Source of the DNA: a virus
Taxonomy: Duplodnaviria; Caudoviricetes
Virus record (IMG/VR): IMGVR_UViG_3300021960_000001
Coordinates: 1-61,952 of that record
Reading direction: 5' to 3' (one strand)
Length of the DNA: 61,952 nt
This document shows, in pieces, positions 19,363-26,991 of this stretch. Below the pieces are notes generated by a model. It did not search any database, had not been told where the DNA came from, and saw nothing but the letters and a program-made list of their open reading frames with translations. Positions within the stretch are counted from its first letter, which is position 1. The number at the start of each line of letters is the position of its first letter. Both the position numbers and the translations under genes were made by a program.

Positions 19363-19670
19363 ATGTTAAAACTATACAAGAACGATTTTACGAGTCCCGA
19401 TAAAGGTTTTTATAGTTTATCTTTATCAGGCACAAGTGTGGTGCTGACAAAATTCACGAGGTCAGTTAAATGAGACTTGTTAAATACTACAACCACACTG
19501 AGTCAGCCATCGGGTGCGAGAGAGTTATCCCGAGAAGTGACGTTAAACTACTAGACTCTCACGTGTGGCTACAAATGAGCTCTGTAAATCCTGACTGCGT
19601 TCGCGTAGAGGTCGGTCTGAGATAAAATGCGAATAAGTGCTAGAAACCATCACGCAATAGCCACACACCT
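19363..19670 (+). ncRNA. Candidate multi-domain structured RNA
   Basis: TATAAT at 19351; stems AGTGTGGT/ACCACACT, GTGTGGCTA/TAGCCACAC, GATAAAG/CTTTATC; internally repeated motif. Confidence 0.5.
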
Positions 19671-19693
19671 ATTTCATAAGAAAGGAGAAATAT

Positions 19694-19936
19694 ATGAAAA
19701 ACCTAGAAGAAAACTTAGTTAAGATAGTTGATTCTATTGAAACTATTATCCAAACACAGCGTAGTGTTCAGGAGTTTATGCACGGTCAGATGGAAGCTAA
19801 TGAGTTTCTAGCTAAACGTATAAAAGAACTAGAAGGCAGAGTCGCTATTGCTGAAAACGAGAAAAACGTGATGAATGCTGTTTCTGGCATTATACCAACT
19901 CAGGAGGTGTTCAATGCTGAGCCTAAACGAGATTAA
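19694..19936 (+). CDS. Hypothetical coiled-coil protein
   Basis: AGAAAGGAGAAA RBS. Confidence 0.7.
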   Translation: MKNLEENLVKIVDSIETIIQTQRSVQEFMHGQMEANEFLAKRIKELEGRVAIAENEKNVMNAVSGIIPTQEVFNAEPKRD

Positions 19937-20186
19937 GAAACAAACTCTACCGCATATCAGCAGTTTAACGCGTTGGCTACAGCTGACTGATGAAGACATA
20001 CTTGCGGCATACGACTGGGTTGTCGAAGTTATGTATGACTATCACCGAGTTTACGAGCCCTATCAATCTATCAAACGTAGCGACGTAGAATACTTTTTTG
20101 AACTATGGTGCGACGATTATTTCGAAGACCCTGCACCTGCAGAGCCTCACGATGAGTGGGGTGCACCCTTACAGGAGGTAAACTAA
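19914..20186 (+). CDS. Hypothetical protein
   Basis: AGGAGGT RBS favours ATG 19914 over the 19875 start in the ORF track. Confidence 0.6.
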   Translation: MLSLNEIKKQTLPHISSLTRWLQLTDEDILAAYDWVVEVMYDYHRVYEPYQSIKRSDVEYFFELWCDDYFEDPAPAEPHDEWGAPLQEVN

Positions 20187-20302
20187 TGATTGAAGAACTA
20201 CTAGACAAATACCACGTAGATGATTTTGATAAATTATTAATTGAGATAATTAATCACATGATAGAAGTTAAAAAAGATAGGGAGATGGAAGATGGCGAAT
20301 AA
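20186..20302 (+). CDS. Small hypothetical protein (38 aa)
   Basis: AGGAGG RBS; TAATG coupling. Confidence 0.5.
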   Translation: MIEELLDKYHVDDFDKLLIEIINHMIEVKKDREMEDGE

Positions 20303-20555
20303 ATATTACTACGGCAACGGTTTCAACAGCGAAAACTCTATTGCGATTATATGGTCAATAGAAGATGTCAAAGACCAACTAGATGAATGGTTTCCGCAAC
20401 TAAAATATACAGAAGATGATTGTATGGAAGTTTTATATAGTATGCAAGATAACCATGATGCTAATTATGGGATAAGTTGGGAAACTATACACGCTCAGAT
20501 AGAGAACCATTGGTACGATGAACTTAAAAAATTAAAGGAGGAAAATGATGGGTGA
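20292..20555 (+). CDS. Hypothetical acidic protein
   Basis: GGAG RBS; part of an overlapping gene chain. Confidence 0.65.
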   Translation: MANKYYYGNGFNSENSIAIIWSIEDVKDQLDEWFPQLKYTEDDCMEVLYSMQDNHDANYGISWETIHAQIENHWYDELKKLKEENDG

Positions 20556-20646
20556 TATAGATAGAAATAAAATACCACCGCATTTACGTCATTTATCAGA
20601 ATGGCGATTACAAGCATTACTTTATTTATTTAGGGGAACTTTATGA
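20545..20646 (+). CDS. Small hypothetical protein (33 aa)
   Basis: AAGGAGG RBS; followed by further overlapping mini-ORFs up to about 20890. Confidence 0.45.
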   Translation: MMGDIDRNKIPPHLRHLSEWRLQALLYLFRGTL

Positions 20647-20847
20647 AAAAAGAATTTAAAGAGATAGGTTTGATGTTAGAGGGTTTAGACGCCGATTTAC
20701 GCAAACTAGGAGGTTGGATATGTCGTCTATTTACAAAGTGACCATAGTATTAGAATTTGATACGTTTCCAACAGGAGATGAAATAAAACAAAAAGTTGAA
20801 AAACATAACTATATGGCTGAAATAAAAGAAGTCAAAGGAGAAAAAAC

Positions 20848-21261
20848 ATGGCAACAGAAAAAACTATCTGGTATCAACAAAACCATATAAGTCACGGACG
20901 AGCAACGTCTAAACTACCATTTAGACGAGGTGCTGGAGGACGTTGGGGTTCTATCAGCAGGGTTGAGGAATGGGCAGAACAACGCGGACTTATAGATGAG
21001 AACGGTCCTCTACCATTACCTGATAAACAAATGATAAAATTTTTAGAAGAAGTAGGCGAAACTGCTAGAGCTCTACTTTACGACGATATGGATGAACTCC
21101 GCGATGGTATTGGGGACTGCGTAGTATGTTTGATAGTATTAGCAGCACAATGTAATATGACTCTAGAAGAGTGTATGGACGCCGCATGGGACGAAATAAA
21201 AGACCGTAGTGGTAAACTCGAAAATGGCTTGTTCAAAAAGGATGGCGACTTCGATAGCTAG
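20848..21261 (+). CDS. MazG-like NTP pyrophosphohydrolase
   Basis: KFLEEVGE...DGIGDCVVCL...AWDEIKDRSGK. Confidence 0.82.
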   Translation: MATEKTIWYQQNHISHGRATSKLPFRRGAGGRWGSISRVEEWAEQRGLIDENGPLPLPDKQMIKFLEEVGETARALLYDDMDELRDGIGDCVVCLIVLAAQCNMTLEECMDAAWDEIKDRSGKLENGLFKKDGDFDS

Positions 21262-21330
21262 GGTACATTGGCGTTGCTCTTTTATATAATATAAAGGTAC
21301 GTTAATCAAACTATTAGAAAGGAGAAATAT

Positions 21331-21666
21331 ATGAGTAAACCTACACTTCAAAAAGTATACGAAAAAATGCAAATGATTAAGAAATACCCTGACGGGTTGG
21401 TCTTAGCGACTGCTTACGATAACGGCAGTCCCGCATTAATTTTAGGTCTGACAACAGGTGATGCTGTCGAGGGTGATACCTTTACACCACTAGCTATTAT
21501 GCTCGACCAAAATAGAATCGATACGTTAAAGCCCGACTGGAGCACTTTTGACAATATTCAGCATATTATAAAAAATGCTGAAAAACTCGATAACAGAGAA
21601 GAACCTGACGAGTTCGACTATCAACATCTCACTATAGATAAGTATTTTGAAAATGCTAACTTCTAA
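21331..21666 (+). CDS. Hypothetical early protein
   Basis: TATAAT and AGAAAGGAGAAA upstream. Confidence 0.7.
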   Translation: MSKPTLQKVYEKMQMIKKYPDGLVLATAYDNGSPALILGLTTGDAVEGDTFTPLAIMLDQNRIDTLKPDWSTFDNIQHIIKNAEKLDNREEPDEFDYQHLTIDKYFENANF

Positions 21667-21853
21667 GTGTAATTTATGTTACGAACCAATACCTGAGGGC
21701 AGATTGTCCTTAGGTTATGTGACTTGTTTGGTATGTGGAGAAGCCGCAGCCAACAAGTTAGCGGAGATTCGCAAAAAGCAAAGTGCACCTGCTTACAATA
21801 AAGGTGCGTATCAATATATAACTATTAATGATACTAAGACTATTGGGCGGTAA
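21647..21853 (+). CDS. Small Zn-finger protein (DksA/TraR-like C4 spacing)
   Basis: CNLC..PIPEGRL...TCLVC. Confidence 0.55.
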   Translation: MKMLTSKCNLCYEPIPEGRLSLGYVTCLVCGEAAANKLAEIRKKQSAPAYNKGAYQYITINDTKTIGR

Positions 21854-21923
21854 GTATGCTGGTATATAGTCAGCTTGTTCTTAGCTATAATATACTTAGT
21901 AATAAATAAGAAAGGAGAAATTT

Positions 21924-22118
21924 ATGAATAATGTGACGAAATTAGATGACCGCAAGTGTTGTATTTGCGACGGTCATATCGAGCCGCTGAGAAATGACAG
22001 CGGTGAGGTTGTGTGGGAAGGTGGCAACAATGCTTTACCAGTGCAAGATGGTAGGTGTTGTGATAATTGTAATATGATGGTTGTGATACCCGCACGTATC
22101 GCAACGATGGAGGGGTAA
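21924..22118 (+). CDS. Small Cys-rich protein
   Basis: CCIC...GNNALPV..GRCCDNCN; own promoter and RBS. Confidence 0.65.
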   Translation: MNNVTKLDDRKCCICDGHIEPLRNDSGEVVWEGGNNALPVQDGRCCDNCNMMVVIPARIATMEG

Positions 22119-22119
22119 T

Positions 22120-22311
22120 ATGGCTAGAGAACAACTAACTAATGACCGCGAATATTATTTCGAAATACTGGACACTATGCAAGAACTAGGTAGTGTGAAT
22201 ATGTATGGAGCACCCGCAGAACTTACAAAACATTTTGATGTTCCGAGACGCGAGGCTATGTCTATTGTGACCGACTGGATGAAGTCGAAGGTGGTGAATG
22301 ATGGGTCTTGA
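22120..22311 (+). CDS. Hypothetical protein
   Basis: GGAGG RBS; G.VNMYGA..L motif. Confidence 0.65.
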   Translation: MAREQLTNDREYYFEILDTMQELGSVNMYGAPAELTKHFDVPRREAMSIVTDWMKSKVVNDGS

Positions 22312-22747
22312 TTGTTATATAGTACACGCGAACGACCGTGATAAATCATTTACTCACGAAGATGACGAACGTTTGAAAGATATCAACTTGTGTGGAGGTA
22401 TGTTGAGCGGTGGTGGTAGCGACGGCTCTTTTAGGGGCAAGGTCTACGAACCTTTGATAGATGAACTTATGCAACACGACGGAGGTATTTGGCATAAACA
22501 AGAAGAAGATGACTACGTTGTGCTGACCGATGAACTAAAAGAACAGGCTCATGCTCTAGGTGATTTGATGACTGATTTGTTATTAGATGCCGAGGGTGAT
22601 GGGACAGTGCTTAACGATGATGATGTAGTTTATAAAACGACTACGTCATATTACGAAAACGAGTATACATGGAAGGAGATATGTGACCTCGAAAGGCTGC
22701 TCCGTGTTGCTTCAGAGCGTCGTGCCGTTATGCAAACATGGTGGTGA
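22298..22747 (+). CDS. Hypothetical acidic protein
   Basis: MGLD N-terminus, SFRGKVY. Confidence 0.65.
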   Translation: MMGLDCYIVHANDRDKSFTHEDDERLKDINLCGGMLSGGGSDGSFRGKVYEPLIDELMQHDGGIWHKQEEDDYVVLTDELKEQAHALGDLMTDLLLDAEGDGTVLNDDDVVYKTTTSYYENEYTWKEICDLERLLRVASERRAVMQTWW

Positions 22748-22750
22748 TTT

Positions 22751-22909
22751 ATGAGTGAAGAACTGCTACGATTAAATAAACTATACGACTCGGTCTACGA
22801 GAAGTTTGAAACTAAAATAGATAAGCTCAAAGCTAAACGAGATTATGAACTTAGTTATATTTATGACGCAATCAATAAAGAAAAACAAATAAAGAATTCT
22901 TCTCCATAA
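22751..22909 (+). CDS. Small hypothetical protein (52 aa)
   Basis: GGTG RBS; last gene before a terminator. Confidence 0.5.
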   Translation: MSEELLRLNKLYDSVYEKFETKIDKLKAKRDYELSYIYDAINKEKQIKNSSP

Positions 22910-22936
22910 ATGCTCCTTATAAATGAAGGGTTCTTT

Positions 22937-22962
22937 GACCTCGCTTCGTGCGGGGTTTTTTA
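22937..22962 (+). terminator. Rho-independent terminator ending the early block
   Basis: GACCTCGC-TTCGT-GCGGGGTT followed by a T run. Confidence 0.8.
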
Positions 22963-22995
22963 TTGCCCTATTATTCTATGTGTATTGTTATTCTG

Positions 22996-23167
22996 TAAAA
23001 TAAAAAAGTTTTTGAAAAAAGTTCTCTACATTGGCTAATATCACTAATATACTAATAGAATCAAGCTACAAGGCTCTTGGTTAGAGGATTGTTAGTAATA
23101 GCAAAAGTAATAGATTTCTATTAGTCTATTACAAATGAGTGGTAAGATACCTAGAGGGCATGAGAAA
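22996..23167. repeat. AT-rich intergenic element, copy B (inverted homolog of 3365-3528)
   Basis: TAGAGGGCATGAGAAA at 23152-23167 and CTAATATCACTAATATACTAATA at 23035-23057. Confidence 0.75.
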
Positions 23168-23231
23168 AAGTTTATAATATGATAAATATATAATATTATT
23201 GTAATATCATTTGCTAAGTCTAGGAGACACA

Positions 23232-23765
23232 ATGAAACAACTAACATATACATCATTAGTTCCGACAGAAGATGGTAAAGCCTATGTTGATGACAAGGGT
23301 AAGATATGGCAACCGCTCAACTCAAAACAAAAACTATTTTGTAAAGAGTATTTGAAAGGTCAAACAGCTACAGAAGCAGCGATTAAAGCAGGGTATACAA
23401 AGGACAGGAAGGGTGCTAAGACACAGGGAAGTGTTCTACTAAATCATAACCCAGTTGTACGAAACTACCTCATCGACTTGGAAATCGCAGCCTCAGAGAG
23501 GGACGCAGTTTCTCTAGAGAATCATTTGTCAACTCTACACGACCTACGAGAAGAGGCAAAAGACCAAGGTCAGATATCCGCAGCCATCACAGCCGAGGTT
23601 CATCGAGGGAAGGCAGGCGGACTCTACATTGATAGACGCGAGATACTAACCGCGAAAATCGATATGATGTCCAAGGACGACATACTCACTCGACTTGAAC
23701 AGCTAATCAACAAGCGAGCAAGCGAGTCTAACGTGATTGAGGGAGAGTTTTCCGCTAAAGATTGA
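23232..23765 (+). CDS. terS: Terminase small subunit
   Basis: LNSKQKLFCKEYL...TATEAAIKAGY HTH signature; AGGAG RBS before ATG 23232. Confidence 0.85.
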   Translation: MKQLTYTSLVPTEDGKAYVDDKGKIWQPLNSKQKLFCKEYLKGQTATEAAIKAGYTKDRKGAKTQGSVLLNHNPVVRNYLIDLEIAASERDAVSLENHLSTLHDLREEAKDQGQISAAITAEVHRGKAGGLYIDRREILTAKIDMMSKDDILTRLEQLINKRASESNVIEGEFSAKD

Positions 23766-23776
23766 TTGAGCCCAAT

Positions 23777-23885
23777 CACTCTACTCTACTCTATCACTCA
23801 CTCTACTCTACTCTACACCTTCACTACATTCCCCTACCCATGTACTGTTCTCTTCTTCAGTTCGTCTCTTCGTCTCTTCGTCCAA
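23777..23885 (+). repeat. Pyrimidine-rich short repeats (CTCTA)n and (TTCGTCTC)n
   Basis: Directly visible; the CTCTA tract is nearly G-free on the + strand. Confidence 0.8.
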
Positions 23886-24037
23886 TGTTCGTTGTCCGTT
23901 GTTATCTGTCCATTATTAGTGCATAAAATAAAAGTAAATTAGTTTCTCTAAATGGTTGTATTCTTAAAGTAAAGTAGTATAATGATATGTAAGTTCAGCA
24001 ATTAAGCTGGGCGGTTTTTCAAGAAAGGAGAAATACT

Positions 24038-24373
24038 ATGAAAAACAAAACTATAGAAAAGAAAGCAACTAATAACTTCACTTCATTTAAAGTGCAAGGT
24101 AATGGCAGAAGATTTGACAAGACTTCTACTATCACTTTGAACAAAGTTGATGGTGCTAATACATTACCTCATCAAGCACAGTGCATCATATCCGCACTTG
24201 CTACTGCTGATAATAACAGCTTAACTGTTGAGGACTTAATAGGGACTGACGCATCTGGTCTTAACTCTGCATTAGACAAGGTTGCTGAGTTTAACACAGT
24301 CCAGACTCCAGCAAAGATATGGCAGTTCTACAAGAACAGGCTAATCAAGTCTGAGTTCATCACAGTCGAGTAA
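24038..24373 (+). CDS. Stand-alone early protein, paralog of 17840..18217
   Basis: Own TATAAT (23978), leader hairpin, AGAAAGGAGAAA RBS and terminator. Confidence 0.78.
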   Translation: MKNKTIEKKATNNFTSFKVQGNGRRFDKTSTITLNKVDGANTLPHQAQCIISALATADNNSLTVEDLIGTDASGLNSALDKVAEFNTVQTPAKIWQFYKNRLIKSEFITVE

Positions 24374-24389
24374 TCTCGACTGACCTCTG

Positions 24390-24418
24390 AGCCCGCTGAT
24401 TCCAGTGGGCTTTTCTTT
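24390..24418 (+). terminator. Rho-independent terminator
   Basis: AGCCCGCTG/CAGTGGGCT stem followed by TTTCTTT. Confidence 0.75.
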
Positions 24419-24484
24419 GCTTGTAAGTCTCTCTTGCTCCGCTGTTCGCGGACTCTACTCCACTCCCTTATTCTCGAAATCAGA

Positions 24485-24610
24485 CCCCCATTCCCCCCTT
24501 TTTCGCGTGCTCGCGGGTCCCACCCGCCCGCCCCTGGACTTGCATCCGCTTTTGCATGTAGTTTTCAAATAAGTCCCTAGTCAAAAAAATTTTGCGAAAA
24601 AAATTTTTAC
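24485..24610. other. C-rich tract followed by A/T tracts; candidate packaging/terminus signal
   Basis: CCCCCATTCCCCCC...GCGGGTCCCACCCGCCCGCCCC in an AT-rich genome, then AAAAAAATTTT twice; lies between terS and terL. Confidence 0.45.
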
Positions 24611-24622
24611 GATTATACTTTT

Positions 24623-25012
24623 GTGATGGGATATAAAATAAGCATGGTTCTCGGAGTCCTATTGGTAGCTTCTTTGGCAGGTTCGAAATACCTGTTCGAC
24701 CAATTATCTCAGTCTAAAGCCAATCAAATGCTTTTAGAAGGTAAAATAACCGAGCAAAATGATTCAATTAAACAATACCTAGCTAAACAAGAACAACTAT
24801 CCGCGGACCTCGGTAAGTTGGAAACTCAAAAACAAGACGCTCTCCGTGAGGTCAATAAATTAAGACAAACATTTGCTAAGCACGATTTAGATAACCTTGC
24901 GTTAAACAAACCAGGATTAATAGAAAAGATTGTTAATAAAGGCAGTAAACAAGTCATGGATGACTTAGTAGACCTAACTTCGGTCCAGAAGGAAACCCCC
25001 TCAAATGAATAA
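24623..25012 (+). CDS. Putative i-spanin (Rz-like)
   Basis: N-terminal TM helix plus coiled coil; overlaps a lipoprotein gene. Confidence 0.7.
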   Translation: MMGYKISMVLGVLLVASLAGSKYLFDQLSQSKANQMLLEGKITEQNDSIKQYLAKQEQLSADLGKLETQKQDALREVNKLRQTFAKHDLDNLALNKPGLIEKIVNKGSKQVMDDLVDLTSVQKETPSNE

Positions 25013-25361
25013 GTCCTACCATTTAGTTCTACTAAGTTCATTCTTCTTTATAACTAGTTGTTCCCTATTGCCGACCAAACCTGTTGAAGTGAATACTATT
25101 GCCTTACCTGCTCCTATGTACCACCCACCGCTGCCCATGGAAATACAAGCCGTTGGTGTTGAATGGAAAGTTCTTACCCCAGAAATCATGGAAGAATATT
25201 TAAAGTTAGTACAAGAAGGTAAAGCTCCTGCGGTTGCGTATTATGCGTTAACTACGCCTCAATATGAAAACTTATCGATGAACATGGCTGAAATAACAAG
25301 ATATACTAAAGATATCCTGTCTATAGTTGAATACTATAGGGAATATGATGAGAAAGAATAG
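25005..25361 (+). CDS. Putative o-spanin lipoprotein (Rz1-like)
   Basis: Lipobox FITSC followed by a Pro-rich segment. Confidence 0.7.
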   Translation: MNKSYHLVLLSSFFFITSCSLLPTKPVEVNTIALPAPMYHPPLPMEIQAVGVEWKVLTPEIMEEYLKLVQEGKAPAVAYYALTTPQYENLSMNMAEITRYTKDILSIVEYYREYDEKE

Positions 25362-25494
25362 ACAATGGCACGGCGGCAAGGGAAGTAGACAAAGACCCAC
25401 GGACCGCGAAAAGTTCAATGCTAACTTCGATAAAATATTCAAAGACCGCAAGGCTAAAGAAAAACAATCCGCGAACCAAGAACTCCACTCATAG
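25345..25494 (+). CDS. Small basic phage protein (49 aa)
   Basis: GKGSRQRPTD..KFNANFDKIF motif common in small phage proteins. Confidence 0.6.
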   Translation: MMRKNRQWHGGKGSRQRPTDREKFNANFDKIFKDRKAKEKQSANQELHS

Positions 25495-25563
25495 TCTTTT
25501 CTCCTTTACTTTATTTTCAGCGTTTGCTTTGTAAATAGATAGTAGTTCGCATATACTTAGCTT

Positions 25564-26991
25564 ATGGCTGAACCTACAGGCACAATAGAACCTATAAATC
25601 CATTTAACCAATCATTCATGGATAGGATTTATAACTATATAAATCAGCCCTTAAACACCGAAGACCCTCTTCAAAACCTTGTATCTGGAGCAGCCGAGTT
25701 TATTCCAGGAATATCTACTGAACTAGCTAAACGTAGAGGAGATAAATTTGGAGAAGCCTTATCTTATTTAGACTATCTGGGAGCAGGGGGTGCAAAACTA
25801 GCTTTAAGTCCTTTTTTAATAGCTAGACGAAAAGAAATACAACAAACTCTTAAGACTTTTGACGAAGACCCAATATTAAAAGGTAATGAAACTGTTAGAG
25901 ATTCTCTTAAGAAAGAACTAGACCAAATCAATAAAACAGAAGCAGAAGAATTAAGAATAAAACAACAGTATGATGAGTTTGTAAAAGACCCTACAAAGTT
26001 TGGTAAAAAACAACCTACAAAAGAAATAGCAGATTCCACAAAGAAAACAGGCAGAAACGAACCTGTTCCTAAAGATATGCTGCGAGATATGCAAGCCGAT
26101 TACATAAAATCAAGAAAAGGTCCAACAGAAATACCCCCTGTTTTATACGACCGAAGAAGTCTCGATGACGAAGCTTTAGATTTTGATAAAGCTATTTTAC
26201 GCGGAGACTATAAAAGAACACCAAACAACCCAGACTTGTTAGAATTAACAAATAAAAACATGGTAACTAATTCTCGAAATGTTACAGGGTATGGTAAATA
26301 CCTTGATAACCCCAATAAACTAAAAGAGTTAAAACTAGCAACAGGTCCTGATTTACGGTATAGCACACAACAAGACCCAACATTAATACAAGATGCATTC
26401 TCAGGACAATATCCCGAGTTAAACCGTTTATTTCACGGTAGTAGTGAACGAGGAATTAAAAGTTTAGAAATACCTAAACGATTATTCGATGACGCAGGAA
26501 AAGAAATAATCACAAAAAATTCTACAGGAGGTATTTACTCAGTAGTAGACCCTGCAGACCCCCGATTTAAACAGTTTGCTAAAGGCTACGTTAGTAAAGG
26601 AGGAACAGGGTCTGGTTACGTATTAGAGCCTAATTTTAAAAAACCATTAGACATGGGGGATATCCCAGATGATATGCTTAGTATTTTAAAAGATATGCAA
26701 ATGTATAGAGCACGTCCTAGTAGAGGCGGACCTAAAAAATTAGATTTCGATATAGACTCTGTACTACAGGGAAATCGAATGTTGGGCGGCAGAGCCCCCT
26801 CAATAATAGATAAAGAATTCGCGGATATTTTTACTAAAGAAGGTTACGATGCTTTACGTTTTCCACCTAGAAGAAAAGGACCTGAAAGAAGTACACTAGT
26901 ATCATTAGACCCACGTAATTTAAAAATAGTTGACGAGGTACCTTACGAAGAACTGGGCGACTATATAAGAGCATTATTAAATGACATCTAA
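25564..26991 (+). CDS. Protein with a C-terminal ADP-ribosyltransferase-like domain
   Basis: LFHGS...GGIYS...GYDAL...LVSLDPRNLK pattern resembling ART domains of phage polyvalent proteins. Confidence 0.5.
   Translation: MAEPTGTIEPINPFNQSFMDRIYNYINQPLNTEDPLQNLVSGAAEFIPGISTELAKRRGDKFGEALSYLDYLGAGGAKLALSPFLIARRKEIQQTLKTFDEDPILKGNETVRDSLKKELDQINKTEAEELRIKQQYDEFVKDPTKFGKKQPTKEIADSTKKTGRNEPVPKDMLRDMQADYIKSRKGPTEIPPVLYDRRSLDDEALDFDKAILRGDYKRTPNNPDLLELTNKNMVTNSRNVTGYGKYLDNPNKLKELKLATGPDLRYSTQQDPTLIQDAFSGQYPELNRLFHGSSERGIKSLEIPKRLFDDAGKEIITKNSTGGIYSVVDPADPRFKQFAKGYVSKGGTGSGYVLEPNFKKPLDMGDIPDDMLSILKDMQMYRARPSRGGPKKLDFDIDSVLQGNRMLGGRAPSIIDKEFADIFTKEGYDALRFPPRRKGPERSTLVSLDPRNLKIVDEVPYEELGDYIRALLNDI

Noticed and set aside
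19510-19562. Glycine or SAM-II/V riboswitch resemblance
   Set aside because: Only fragments match (GAGAG...ACTCTCA; TAAA..CTA); core consensus elements are missing, so it is kept as an unclassified RNA candidate
25454-25510. Minus-strand 12-aa ORF with an AAAGGAG RBS
   Set aside because: Very short, antisense to a plausible conserved small gene, and without other support
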